A stretch of DNA of 32,000 nt, taken from positions 4,380,001 to 4,412,000 of the forward strand of contig NZ_LN831039.1 in NCBI RefSeq assembly GCF_001457595.1. Reading direction: 5' to 3'. A program made the translations under genes and the position numbers. The first letter of the stretch is position 1. Each line of letters opens with the position of its first letter. Positions 1 to 9,192 of this stretch are shown piece after piece. This DNA comes from Mycolicibacterium smegmatis (GTDB lineage: Bacteria; Actinomycetota; Actinomycetes; Mycobacteriales; Mycobacteriaceae). Under the pieces are notes generated by a model. That model did not search any database. It was given only the letters and a program-made list of their open reading frames with translations, and was not told where the DNA came from.

Positions 1-1249
1 CGGTCATGTTGGCGGCGTCGTCGCGGCCGACGTAGCCGCCCTCGCCGAGTGCGGCCAGCGCGTCGACCGTCGACGCCACGTGCAGCGACTCGTCGGTGCG
101 GCCGTGCACCAATTGCAGCAGCTGGACGGCGAATTCGACGTCGCGCAGGCCACCGGTGCCGAGCTTGATCTCGCGCGACCGCACGTCGGCGGGCACGAGT
201 TCCTCGACGCGGCGGCGCATGGCCTGCACCTCGGGAACGAAATCCTCACGCTCGCAGGCAGTCCACACCATGGGCATCAGCGCGTCGATGTAGGCCTGAC
301 CCAGCTCGGGATCACCCGCGGCGGGCCGCGCCTTGAGCAGCGCCTGGAACTCCCACGTCTTGGCCCACCGCCGGTAGTAGGCGACGTGCGAGTCCAGCGT
401 GCGAACCAGTTGGCCCCGTTTGCCTTCCGGCCGCAGCGCGGCGTCGACCTCGAAGAACGCGTCGCCGGCGAACCGCATCATCTCGCCGGCCACGCGCGTG
501 GCGGTCGCGAGATTGTCGCTGCGGCCGTGCTTTTCGATGTCCTCACCCACGAAGATGACGTCGACGTCGCTGACGTAGTTGAGCTCGCGCGCGCCGCACT
601 TGCCCATCGCGATGACCGCGAGTCGCGGATCCAGATCGCCGCACACCGTGCGGGTGGCCACGATCAGCGCGGCGCTCAGCGCGGCGTCGGCCAGGTCGGA
701 CAGGTGCGAGGAGACGGTGACAAACGGCAGTACCGGTTCGTTCTCGACGGTCGAGGCGACGTCGAGGGCTGCGAGCACCAGCAGACGGTCGCGGTAGAGG
801 TCGCGCAGCGGCGGGACCGCGGCGCTGGCGCCGCGCTCGATGTCGACGCTTTTCGCCGCGTCGTCGAACGTCTCGCGGAGTTCACCCGCGGACGGAAGCG
901 TGACGTCGCCGTGCAGCAGGCGCCAGGACTGCGGGTGGGCCACCAGGTGGTCACCCAGCGCCAGCGACGAGCCGAGCACGGCGAACAACCGGCCCCGCAG
1001 CGGGCGGTCGGTGAGCAGCAGCCGGTTGAGTTCGTCCCAGTCGACCTTGAGCTCGTCGGCGAGGCGCACCATGGCCAGCAGCGCCGCGTCGGCGTCCGGG
1101 GCCCGCGACAGCGACCACAGCAGTTCGACGTGGTCGTCGGTGTTCCAGCCGAGCTGATCGAGATGAGCGGGTGCATGCGGATCGAACAGCCCGAGCCGGC
1201 CGACACTGGGCAGCCTCGGGCGTTCGGTGGCGGGCTTTCGCACGTCCAC
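1..1249 (-). CDS. glnE: Glutamine synthetase adenylyltransferase GlnE, N-terminal ~416 codons; the 3' end runs off the window start
   Basis: The ORF is absent from the track because it has no stop codon in the window. My minus-strand translation from the GTG at 1249 reads [35 protein letters not shown]. In the same frame, 190->100 reads [29 protein letters not shown]. Both match the GlnE N-terminal nucleotidyltransferase half as I remember Rv2221c. It lies directly downstream of glnA2. A GTG at 1243 is an alternative start. Confidence 0.9.
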   Translation of the reverse strand, partial: MDVRKPATERPRLPSVGRLGLFDPHAPAHLDQLGWNTDDHVELLWSLSRAPDADAALLAMVRLADELKVDWDELNRLLLTDRPLRGRLFAVLGSSLALGDHLVAHPQSWRLLHGDVTLPSAGELRETFDDAAKSVDIERGASAAVPPLRDLYRDRLLVLAALDVASTVENEPVLPFVTVSSHLSDLADAALSAALIVATRTVCGDLDPRLAVIAMGKCGARELNYVSDVDVIFVGEDIEKHGRSDNLATATRVAGEMMRFAGDAFFEVDAALRPEGKRGQLVRTLDSHVAYYRRWAKTWEFQALLKARPAAGDPELGQAYIDALMPMVWTACEREDFVPEVQAMRRRVEELVPADVRSREIKLGTGGLRDVEFAVQLLQLVHGRTDESLHVASTVDALAALGEGGYVGRDDAANMT

Positions 1250-1298
1250 GACGGTATCGCACCGGGCACCACGCCCGGCACGACCCCGACCGCGGACG

Positions 1299-2639
1299 CT
1301 ACAGCGACAGGTAGTTCTTGAGCTCGTACGGCGTGACGTGGCTGCGGTAGTTCTCCCACTCGCTGCGCTTGTTGCGCAGGAAGTAGTCGAACACGTGCTC
1401 CCCCAACGCTTCTGCGACCAGTTCAGAGTTCTCCATGGCCTCCAGGGCGTTGCCCAGGCTGGTCGGCAGTTCGCGGTAGCCCATGGCGCGGCGTTCCTCG
1501 GGCGTCAGGCTCCACACGTTGTCCTCGGCCTGGGGGCCCAGCACGTAGCCCTTCTCGACGCCACGCAGGCCCGCGGCCAGCAGCACCGCGAACGTCAGGT
1601 ACGGGTTGCACGCCGAGTCAGGGCTGCGCACCTCGACGCGTCGTGACGACACCTTGTGCGGCGTGTACATCGGCACCCGCACCAGCGCCGAGCGGTTGGC
1701 CGCACCCCACGACGCCGCGGTGGGCGCCTCGCCGCCGTGCACCAGGCGCTTGTAGGAGTTCACCCACTGGTTGGTGACGGCGCTGATCTCGTTGGCGTGT
1801 TCGAGGATGCCCGCGATGAACGACTTGGCGACGTCGGAGAGCTGCAGCGGATCGTCGGGGCTGTGGAAGGCGTTGGTGTCGCCCTCGAACAGGCTCATGT
1901 GGGTGTGCATGGCCGAGCCCGGATGCTCGGCGAACGGCTTGGGCATGAACGACGCCCGGACACCGTCGGCCAGTGCCACTTCCTTGACCAGGTAGCGGAA
2001 CGTCATGACGTTGTCGGCCATCGACAGCGCGTCGGCGTAGCGCAGGTCGATCTCCTGCTGGCCGGGTGCGCCCTCGTGATGGCTGAACTCGACCGAGATG
2101 CCCATCTGCTCAAGGGCCTCAATGGCATGGCGTCGGAAGTTGGGCGCCGCGTCGTGCACGGCCTGATCGAAGTAGCCGCCGTTGTCGGCGGGCTCGGGCG
2201 GGGTGCCGTCGTTGGGGCCGGGCTTGAGGAGGAAGAACTCGATCTCGGGGTGCACGTAGCACGTGAACCCGAGATCGCTGGCCTTGGCCAGCTGGCGGCG
2301 CAGCACGTGGCGCGAGTCGGCCCACGACGGCGAACCGTCGGGCATGGTGATGTCGCAGAACATGCGCGCCGAGTAGTGGTTGCCGTCGCTGGTCTTCCAC
2401 GGCAGCACCTGGAACGTCGACGGGTCAGGCCGGGCGACGGTGTCGGATTCGAAGACGCGCGCGAACCCCTCGATCGAGGAGCCGTCGAAACCGATGCCCT
2501 CTTCGAACGCCCCCTCGAGTTCGGCGGGCGCGATCGCGACCGACTTGAGGTAACCGAGCACGTCGGTGAACCACAACCGAACGAAACGAATGTCGCGTTC
2601 CTCCAACGTGCGCAGCACGAATTCCTTCTGCCGGTCCAT
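1299..2639 (-). CDS. glnA2: Glutamine synthetase type I, GlnA2 paralogue (446 aa)
   Basis: Track ORF 1299..2657. The sequence [29 protein letters not shown]...SFMPKPF...HTHMSLF...NRSALVRVP is near-identical to remembered Rv2222c. The ATG at 2639 gives the 446-aa length of the M. tuberculosis protein. The GTG at 2657 is the longest alternative. Confidence 0.95.
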   Translation of the reverse strand: MDRQKEFVLRTLEERDIRFVRLWFTDVLGYLKSVAIAPAELEGAFEEGIGFDGSSIEGFARVFESDTVARPDPSTFQVLPWKTSDGNHYSARMFCDITMPDGSPSWADSRHVLRRQLAKASDLGFTCYVHPEIEFFLLKPGPNDGTPPEPADNGGYFDQAVHDAAPNFRRHAIEALEQMGISVEFSHHEGAPGQQEIDLRYADALSMADNVMTFRYLVKEVALADGVRASFMPKPFAEHPGSAMHTHMSLFEGDTNAFHSPDDPLQLSDVAKSFIAGILEHANEISAVTNQWVNSYKRLVHGGEAPTAASWGAANRSALVRVPMYTPHKVSSRRVEVRSPDSACNPYLTFAVLLAAGLRGVEKGYVLGPQAEDNVWSLTPEERRAMGYRELPTSLGNALEAMENSELVAEALGEHVFDYFLRNKRSEWENYRSHVTPYELKNYLSL

Positions 2640-2662
2640 GCTCCGCAGCGTATGCACCGGCT

Positions 2663-2678
2663 GTTAAATCTGTGTTAC
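2663..2678 (-). promoter_or_regulatory. Candidate GlnR-type box (GTAAC-n6-TTAAC on the minus strand), 24-39 nt upstream of the glnA2 ATG
   Basis: The plus strand reads GTTAAatctgtGTTAC, a direct repeat with 11-bp periodicity. It fits the AC-n9-AC / GTnAC-n6-GnAAC pattern remembered for actinobacterial GlnR sites. Only one half-site pair is present. Confidence 0.25.
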
Positions 2679-2691
2679 GGGGGTGCAAGAG

Positions 2692-4242
2692 CTAGCAGGC
2701 AAGGTTGCCCGGGGGCGACTGCAGATCGGTCAGGAAGCGCAACACCGCGGTGTCGACGCAGGCATCTCCGTTGAACACCACGGTGTGCTGCGCACCGTCG
2801 AAACTGATCAGGGCCGCGCCCATTTGCCGGGCGAGGTCCACACCGGCCTGGTACGGCGTCGCCGGGTCCCCCGTGGTCGACACCACGACCACCTTGCCGG
2901 GTCCGGGCCCGGTGACCGGGCGCGCGGTCGACGTCGCGGGCACGGGCCAGAACGCGCACACGTCGCGCGGTGCGAACCCGGTGAACCCGCCGTAGGCGAA
3001 GAACGGCGCGACCTCACGGATCTGGCGGTCGGCCTCGGCCCACACCGCCGGATCGGTCGGATACACATCGTCGACGCAGCGGATCGCGGTGAAGGCGTCC
3101 TGCATGTTCTGGTAGTGGCCGTTCCGGTCACGGTGCTGGTAGTCGTCGGCCAGCAGCAGCAGGTCCTCCGCGTCGGTGCCGCGTTCGAGGCCGAGCAGGC
3201 CGCTGGTCAGAAACGGCCAGTACCGCGGCGAGTACAGCGCGTTGCCCGTGCCGGTGATGGCGTCCTGGTAGCTCAGCCCGCGCGGGTCCGACGTCGCGCC
3301 AGGCCGGGCCACCAACGGGTCGACGAGTTGGTGGAAGCGGTTCACGTACTGCGCGGGGTCGTTGCCCAACGGACAGCCCACGAGCTTGCCGCAGTCGGCG
3401 GCGTAGGCGTCGAACGCCTTCTGGAAGCTCGCCATCTGGCGGATGGTCTTGTCGATCGGGTTCAGCGCGGGATCGATCGCGCCGTCGAGCACCATGGCGC
3501 GCACACGGTCGGGATACGCCTCGGCGTAGGCCGATCCGAGTTCGGTGCCGTACGAGAAACCCAGATAGCTGATCTGGTGCTCGCCGAGCGCCGCGCGCAC
3601 GGCGTCCATGTCACGCACGGCCGACGCGGTGCCGATGTTCGCGAGGAACGGTGCGCCCATGCGGTCGAGGCACTGCTGCGCGAGCTGCTGGTACAGGCTC
3701 TCGATGTGCGCGACGCCGGCCGGGCTGTAGTCGGCCATGGGTTCGCGTCGGTACGCGTCGAATTCGGCGTCGGTGCGGCACCGCAGTTCTGGCGTCGAAT
3801 GCCCCACGCCGCGCGGGTCGAAGCCGACGAGGTCGAACCGCTGCCCGATCTCGGTGCCCGCCAGCGCCGCGCCCATCCCGGCGACGGTGTCGACGGCCGA
3901 GGCGCCGGGGCCGCCCGGGTTGACGAAAAGCGCGCCGATGCGGTCCCCGCTGGCCGGGACGCGGATGACGGCCAGTTGTGCTTGTGCGCCTTGCGGATCC
4001 GGGTTGTTCCAGTCGACGGGGACGGCCAGTGTGCCGCACTGCGCGGTGGGGATGCGGGCCGGGTCGGCCACCCACTGCGCGCATCCGCCCCACACCGGCG
4101 GCGCGGCGAACGGGGTCGCCGCATCCCCCTCGGGTGTGGCCGACGCGACCGGGATGCCGAATGTGACCAGCGCAGTCATCAGCGCGGGCAGCACGAGCCC
4201 AACCGTCATCGCCAGCCTGCCCGCCCTCCGCACGGCTGACAT
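2692..4242 (-). CDS. Secreted alpha/beta-hydrolase, tripeptidyl-aminopeptidase (TAP) family, Rv2223c-like (516 aa)
   Basis: Track ORF 2692..4392. The ATG at 4242 gives MSAVRRAGRLAMTVGLVLPALMTALVTFGIPVASA, a signal peptide. The nucleophile elbow is GFSYGT. It is a paralogue of the adjacent gene over its whole length. Confidence 0.85.
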   Translation of the reverse strand: MSAVRRAGRLAMTVGLVLPALMTALVTFGIPVASATPEGDAATPFAAPPVWGGCAQWVADPARIPTAQCGTLAVPVDWNNPDPQGAQAQLAVIRVPASGDRIGALFVNPGGPGASAVDTVAGMGAALAGTEIGQRFDLVGFDPRGVGHSTPELRCRTDAEFDAYRREPMADYSPAGVAHIESLYQQLAQQCLDRMGAPFLANIGTASAVRDMDAVRAALGEHQISYLGFSYGTELGSAYAEAYPDRVRAMVLDGAIDPALNPIDKTIRQMASFQKAFDAYAADCGKLVGCPLGNDPAQYVNRFHQLVDPLVARPGATSDPRGLSYQDAITGTGNALYSPRYWPFLTSGLLGLERGTDAEDLLLLADDYQHRDRNGHYQNMQDAFTAIRCVDDVYPTDPAVWAEADRQIREVAPFFAYGGFTGFAPRDVCAFWPVPATSTARPVTGPGPGKVVVVSTTGDPATPYQAGVDLARQMGAALISFDGAQHTVVFNGDACVDTAVLRFLTDLQSPPGNLAC

Positions 4243-4322
4243 CGTCGCACGTGCGGCACCGCGGGGTCTTGCGCTGAGTCCGACCGGAGATCGGCCGGCA
4301 ACCGTTCGGTGATGTCCGCCGG

Positions 4323-5855
4323 TCAGCACCGGGTGTCCGCTGGGGGCACCTCGACGTCGATCAGGTAGGTGGCGGCGACGTCGTCGACGCACTTGTTGCC
4401 CTGGAACACCACGGTGTGCTGGGTGCCCTCGAAAGTGACCAGCGTGCCGCCGAGTTGGCGCGCGAGGTCCACACCGGCCTGATACGGCGTGGCCGGGTCG
4501 TTGGTGGTCGAGACCACCAGGATCGGCGGCAGCCCCTCGACCTTGAGTTCGTGCGGTTCGCTCGTCGGTGGCACGGGCCAGAACGCGCAGGTTCCCAGCG
4601 GCGCGTCGCCGGTGAACTCGCCGTAGCTCATGAACGGCGCGACCTCACGCAGGCGCTTGTCCTGCTCGACGACCGTGGCCTTGTCCTTGATGGCGGGTTT
4701 GTCCATGCAGTTCACCGCGACCCGCACGTCGGTCGAATTGTTGTAGTGGCCCTTGGCATCCCGGCCCATGTAGAGGTCGGCGAGCGCGAGCATGAGGTTG
4801 CCGTCGCCCTTCTTCAGCGCGGTGAGCGCGTCGGTGAGGTGACGCCACAGGTTCGGCGAGTACAGCGGCAGGATGGTGCCGACGGTCGCGTCGCTGTAGC
4901 TCAGGCCGCGCCCGTCGCGGGTCTTGGCGGGGTTCTCGACGAGCGGGTCGATGATGCTCTTGTAGACGTCGACGGCCTTGGCCGGGTCGGTGCCCAGTGG
5001 GCAGTCGGGGCTCTTGGCGCAGTCGGCGGCGTAGTCGTCGAAGGCCTTCTGGAACGCCGCGGCCTGACGGATGCTCTCCTCGACCGGATCGGCGTTGGGG
5101 TCGATGGCGCCGTCGAGGATCATCGCGCGGACCTTGTCGGGGAACTGCTCCGCGTAGGTGGCGCCGATCCGGGTGCCGTACGAGTAGCCGAGGTAGGTCA
5201 GCTTGTCGTCGCCGAGGGCGGCCCGGATCGCGTCGAGGTCCTTGGCGACGTTCTCGGTGCCCACGTTGGCCAGGAATTCCGTGCCCATCTTGTCGACGCA
5301 GCGCTGGACGAACGCCTTGGTCTCGGCTTCCAGGTGGGCCACACCTTCGGGCGTGTACTCGACCGTCGGGTCGGCGCGCAGCCGGTCGTTGTCGGCGTCG
5401 GAGTTGCACCACACCGCGGGGCTCGACGACGCGACACCGCGCGGGTCGAACCCGACGATGTCGAAACGTTCCTTGACCTCCTGCGGCAGGCTGGGCAGCA
5501 GCGACAGCGCCGACTCGACACCGGATTCGCCGGGACCGCCGGGGTTGATCACCAGCGAGCCGATCCGGTCGCCGGTCGCGGGGAACCGGATCATCGCCAG
5601 GCGGGCGACGTCGCCGTCAGGCTTGGAGTAGTCGACGGGCACCGACAACATGCCGCATTCGGCGCTGTCGGGAATGGGCGTCTGGTTGCCCGCGCCGCCG
5701 TTGCACGGCAGCCACTGCACCGGCGTGCCCGGGCGGGGCACCGCGACGATCGCCCGCCCGTCGATCACCTGGCTGCAGCCTCCTGCCGCCAGCACCGTCA
5801 CCGCCAGCAGCGCGCCGAGCCCGAACCTGACCTTCATGGCTCCACATGCTGCCAT
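4323..5855 (-). CDS. Secreted/cell-envelope serine hydrolase, Hip1/CaeA (Rv2224c)-like TAP-family alpha/beta hydrolase
   Basis: Track ORF 4323..5927. The sequence includes GGPGESG, the GYSYGT nucleophile elbow and a C-terminal TAP-like domain, and is very similar to remembered Rv2224c. The ATG at 5855 has AGGTGG 6 nt upstream. The ATG at 5837 (MKVRFGLGALLAVTVLAAGGCSQ) is an alternative start. There is a signal peptide with a possible lipobox Cys. Confidence 0.85.
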   Translation of the reverse strand: MAACGAMKVRFGLGALLAVTVLAAGGCSQVIDGRAIVAVPRPGTPVQWLPCNGGAGNQTPIPDSAECGMLSVPVDYSKPDGDVARLAMIRFPATGDRIGSLVINPGGPGESGVESALSLLPSLPQEVKERFDIVGFDPRGVASSSPAVWCNSDADNDRLRADPTVEYTPEGVAHLEAETKAFVQRCVDKMGTEFLANVGTENVAKDLDAIRAALGDDKLTYLGYSYGTRIGATYAEQFPDKVRAMILDGAIDPNADPVEESIRQAAAFQKAFDDYAADCAKSPDCPLGTDPAKAVDVYKSIIDPLVENPAKTRDGRGLSYSDATVGTILPLYSPNLWRHLTDALTALKKGDGNLMLALADLYMGRDAKGHYNNSTDVRVAVNCMDKPAIKDKATVVEQDKRLREVAPFMSYGEFTGDAPLGTCAFWPVPPTSEPHELKVEGLPPILVVSTTNDPATPYQAGVDLARQLGGTLVTFEGTQHTVVFQGNKCVDDVAATYLIDVEVPPADTRC

Positions 5856-5886
5856 GACGAACCACCTGCTCCGGTATCGGTGCAGG

Positions 5887-7284
5887 CTAGGCGCGTTTCG
5901 TGGCGTCCAGCAGCTCGTCGAGCGCAACCGCGAAGTCGTCGGCCATGTCCCACAGGTCCGGCAGCAACTCGGGGCACGAGATGATGCCGACGTCGAGTTT
6001 GCCGGTCAGCGACATCACCGTGATGTTGAGGCCCGAGCCGTGGAAGATCGGCCCCAGCGGATACATCGCCTTGACCTCGGCGCCCAAAAAGTACAGCGGC
6101 ACCTGCGGGCCCGGCACGTTCGAGACGACGAGGTTGTGGACGGGCTTGGCACCCGAGAGCCTGCTGGCCGCGTACACGCGCATCGCGGTGCCGAACACCG
6201 CGGGCGCGGCGAACTGCGTCCAGTCCTGCAGCAGGGTCGCGCCGATCGCCGAGCTGTGTTGTTTGGCGACGGCGTTGGCCTCGGCGATGGCGCGCAGCCG
6301 TTCGGCCGGATCGGCGATGTGGGTCTGCAGGGGCGAGAACATCCCCGAGACCTGGTTGCGTCCCGGGCGGTCGGAGCGGTCGTGCACCGACACCGGCACC
6401 ATCGCGACCAGCGAGTTGTCGGGCAGTTCGTCGCGATGCGACAGGAACGTGCGCAGCACGCCGGACACCAGCGCCATCACGACGTCGTTGACCTTGACGT
6501 CGAAGTGGTTCTTGACGGTCTTGATGTCCTCGAGGTCGAGCTGCGCGAACGCGATGTTGCGGTGCCCGGTGATGTTGGCGTTGAACGCGGTTCTCGGCGC
6601 GGCGAACGGAGCGGCCATGGTCCTGCCGTTGCGGGCCCGCCGCACGGTGTCGACGACGGTGTTCAGCGTGCTCGGCACGACGTTGACCAGCCGCAGCGGC
6701 CTGGTGGCGAACCGCACCGCGCCGTTGACCGCGATCTCCAGGCCGGTGCCGCCGCCCGGGCCGTCGACCGGATCGGGCGGCGGCGCGTCGGGTTCGGTGG
6801 TGCACAGCTGCGAGAGCAGATTCGCCCCGGTCACGCCGTCGACGCTGGCGTGGTGCACCTTGGTCATGAGCGCCAGCCGCCCGCCGGCGTGCGCGTCGGT
6901 GCCCGCGACGTTCTCGATCACCCACATCTCCCACAGCGGACGGCTGCGGTCCAGCGGCAGCGACGCGATGTGACCGCAGATCTCGGCGAGTTCGGCGCGT
7001 CCGCCCGGCCCGGGCAGGCCGATGCGGTGCAGGTGGCGGTCGACGTCAAAGTCGTTGTCCTCCACCCAAACCGGATGGTCGAGGTTGAAACGGCTGTCAG
7101 CGAGTTTCTCCCGGAACTCGGGCATGGCCTTGATGCGCAGGGAAAGCGCGTCGCGCAGGCGGTCGAACGTGTAACCCCCGGGCATGGTCGAGGTGTCGAG
7201 TTCGAGCACCGAGCACACGTGCATCGGCTGCGCCGCGGTTTCGAGATACAGGAAGCTGGCGTCGAGTCCGCTGAGCCGTTGCAT
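5887..7284 (-). CDS. Wax ester synthase/diacylglycerol acyltransferase (WS/DGAT) family protein (465 aa)
   Basis: Track ORF 5887..7329. The start MQRLSGLDASFLYLE is typical of the family. The catalytic HHxxxDG motif is present as HHASVDGVTG. Confidence 0.85.
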   Translation of the reverse strand: MQRLSGLDASFLYLETAAQPMHVCSVLELDTSTMPGGYTFDRLRDALSLRIKAMPEFREKLADSRFNLDHPVWVEDNDFDVDRHLHRIGLPGPGGRAELAEICGHIASLPLDRSRPLWEMWVIENVAGTDAHAGGRLALMTKVHHASVDGVTGANLLSQLCTTEPDAPPPDPVDGPGGGTGLEIAVNGAVRFATRPLRLVNVVPSTLNTVVDTVRRARNGRTMAAPFAAPRTAFNANITGHRNIAFAQLDLEDIKTVKNHFDVKVNDVVMALVSGVLRTFLSHRDELPDNSLVAMVPVSVHDRSDRPGRNQVSGMFSPLQTHIADPAERLRAIAEANAVAKQHSSAIGATLLQDWTQFAAPAVFGTAMRVYAASRLSGAKPVHNLVVSNVPGPQVPLYFLGAEVKAMYPLGPIFHGSGLNITVMSLTGKLDVGIISCPELLPDLWDMADDFAVALDELLDATKRA

Positions 7285-7446
7285 GCCGTGAATGGTAGGT
7301 AAGCAAACGGCAACTGTGAGGAAATCCACTTAACAAGGCTTTTACCTTGCACACCACCGAGTGGCAGACTTGCCCTTGTCAGGCGAACCCGGGGACCGAC
7401 AGATCGGCCTCGAGGATTCGATACGACCGTCTATTGAGGGACAACG

Positions 7447-8310
7447 ATGTCTGAACAACCAATTTATGGTGCTGCAAACACCTCCCAGAGTGTTGTGGAC
7501 ACCAAACCCGCCCAGCGCACCAAGGTGCGGACCCTGACCTTGCAGAAGTGGAAGGCCGAGGGCCACAAGTGGGCGATGCTCACCTGCTACGACTACTCCA
7601 GCGCCCGGGTCTTCGACGACGCAGGCATTCCGGTGCTCCTGGTGGGTGACTCGGCGGCAAACGTCGTCTACGGCTACGACACCACGGTGCCGATCTCCAT
7701 CGACGAACTGATCCCGTTGGCGCGCGCCGTGGTCAAGGGCGCCCCGCATGCTCTGGTGATCGGCGATCTGCCGTTCGGCAGCTATGAGGACGGCCCCAGC
7801 CAGGCGCTCGCGACCGCCACCCGCTTCATGAAGGAAGCCGGTGTGCACGCGGTCAAACTCGAGGGCGGTGAGCGTGTCGCTGATCAGATCGCGACGCTGT
7901 CCAGGGCCGGCATCCCCGTGGTGGCCCACATCGGCTTCACGCCGCAGAGCGTCAACGGCCTCGGCGGTTTCCGCGTGCAGGGCCGCGGCGACGCCGCCGA
8001 CCAGACCATCCGCGACGCAATCGCCGTCGCCGAGGCCGGTGCGGTGGCCGTCGTGCTGGAGATGGTGCCCGCCGAGCTGGCGACGCAGATCACCGGCAAG
8101 CTCACGATCCCGACCGTGGGTATCGGCGCGGGCCCCAACTGCGACGCCCAGGTGCTCGTGTGGCAGGACATGGCGGGTCTCACGAGCGGCAAGACCGCCA
8201 AGTTCGTGCGTCGCTTCGGCGATGTCGGTGGCGAACTGCACCGTGCGGCAACGCAATTCGCCGATGATGTGGCGGCCGGGGTGTTCCCCGCCGAAGAACA
8301 CAGCTACTGA
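7447..8310 (+). CDS. panB: 3-methyl-2-oxobutanoate hydroxymethyltransferase (ketopantoate hydroxymethyltransferase)
   Basis: 287 aa. The motifs [37 protein letters not shown]...VKLEGG...HIGFTPQS are canonical PanB. Confidence 0.95.
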   Translation: MSEQPIYGAANTSQSVVDTKPAQRTKVRTLTLQKWKAEGHKWAMLTCYDYSSARVFDDAGIPVLLVGDSAANVVYGYDTTVPISIDELIPLARAVVKGAPHALVIGDLPFGSYEDGPSQALATATRFMKEAGVHAVKLEGGERVADQIATLSRAGIPVVAHIGFTPQSVNGLGGFRVQGRGDAADQTIRDAIAVAEAGAVAVVLEMVPAELATQITGKLTIPTVGIGAGPNCDAQVLVWQDMAGLTSGKTAKFVRRFGDVGGELHRAATQFADDVAAGVFPAEEHSY

Positions 8311-8328
8311 TCCGAAGCTTTCGAGAAC

Positions 8329-8371
8329 GACGAAATGGTCGCTGTCACACGCTGACAGTGACCATTTCGTC
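8329..8371. terminator. Long hairpin (19-bp stem, 5-nt loop) between convergent panB and the crotonase gene; likely a bidirectional terminator
   Basis: The left arm GACGAAATGGTCGCTGTCA (8329-8347) pairs with TGACAGTGACCATTTCGTC (8353-8371). One position is G.T, which is a G.U wobble in the + transcript. The hairpin sits 19 nt after the panB stop and 25 nt before the convergent stop at 8396. Confidence 0.6.
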
Positions 8372-8393
8372 TCTCTGGAGTTCGTCTCTCTGG
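8366..8393. repeat. Tandem direct repeat TTCGTCTCTCTGG x2 (15-bp period)
   Basis: The copies lie at 8366-8378 and 8381-8393 and are identical 13-mers separated by AG. The first copy overlaps the right arm of the hairpin. Confidence 0.7.
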
Positions 8394-8395
8394 CG

Positions 8396-9181
8396 CTAGG
8401 CGAATTCGGGTCTGCGCTTGCCCAGGAACGCATCGACACCCTCGCGGCCGTCGGCCGAATCGGCGCGGGCCGCGATGAACCGGCCCTCGGCCTCCATCTG
8501 CTCTTCGAGGCTGTTCTTCAACGACGACAGCAGCAGCGACTTGACCGCACCGTTGGATCCCGCGGATCCGGCGGCGACCTGTTCGGCGAGTTTCGTGGCC
8601 CGGTCGGCCAGGTCGGCGTCGGGCACCACCTCGGTGACCAGACCCCATTCGTAGGCCTCGGTCGCCGACAGCGTGCGGTTGGTGAGCATCAATTCCTGCG
8701 CGCGGCGCATGCCGACCAGGCGCGGCAGGTAGTACGACGCACTGCCGTCGGGGCTCAGGCCGACCTTGGTGTAGGCCATGGTGAACGACGCCGATTCCGC
8801 GGCCAGCACCAGGTCACCGGTCACCGCGATGCTGAACCCGGCGCCTGCCGCGGTGCCGTTGACCGCGGTGATCAGCACGGCGTCCATCCGCGCGAACGAC
8901 GATATGGCCCGGTGCAGATCGTCGGCGACACCTTTGATGAACGCGCCGCGCGAAGGCGCGCCGGAGAACGCCTTGAGATCGCCCCCGGCCGAGAAGAACC
9001 GGCCCGAACCCGTCAGCACCACGACCTTCGCGCCTGAGGTGTCTGCGCGGCGCGCGGCGTCGGCGAGTTCGCGAGTCATGGTGTCGTTCATGCCGTTCGC
9101 GGCGTCCGGGCGGTTCAGCGTGATGCGCGTGATGGGTCCGGACTGTTCGAACGCGATGGCTTCATAGGAGATCTCGGTCAC
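8396..9181 (-). CDS. Enoyl-CoA hydratase/isomerase (crotonase) family protein (261 aa)
   Basis: Track ORF 8396..9544 is over-extended. The GTG at 9181 gives VTEISYEAIAFEQSGPITRITLNRPDAANGM...VVVLTGSGRFFSAGGDLKAF...AVNGTAAGAGFSIA, the crotonase oxyanion-hole motifs. It starts 11 nt after the TetR stop. Confidence 0.85.
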   Translation of the reverse strand: MTEISYEAIAFEQSGPITRITLNRPDAANGMNDTMTRELADAARRADTSGAKVVVLTGSGRFFSAGGDLKAFSGAPSRGAFIKGVADDLHRAISSFARMDAVLITAVNGTAAGAGFSIAVTGDLVLAAESASFTMAYTKVGLSPDGSASYYLPRLVGMRRAQELMLTNRTLSATEAYEWGLVTEVVPDADLADRATKLAEQVAAGSAGSNGAVKSLLLSSLKNSLEEQMEAEGRFIAARADSADGREGVDAFLGKRRPEFA

Positions 9182-9192
9182 AGACCGGCACT

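Noticed and set aside
1262-1278. CCGGGC-n5-GCCCGG hairpin in the 49-nt glnA2-glnE gap as an attenuator or terminator
   Set aside because: The stem is only 6 bp and has no U-tract. Such GC palindromes are frequent by chance in this composition.
80-7302. A chain of long + strand ORFs (80..1321, 1656..2774, 2683..4239, 4416..5984, 5650..7302)
   Set aside because: Each is antisense to a confidently identified minus-strand gene (glnE, glnA2, the two hydrolases, WS/DGAT). They translate to Arg/Gly/Ala/Val-rich sequence without domain signatures.
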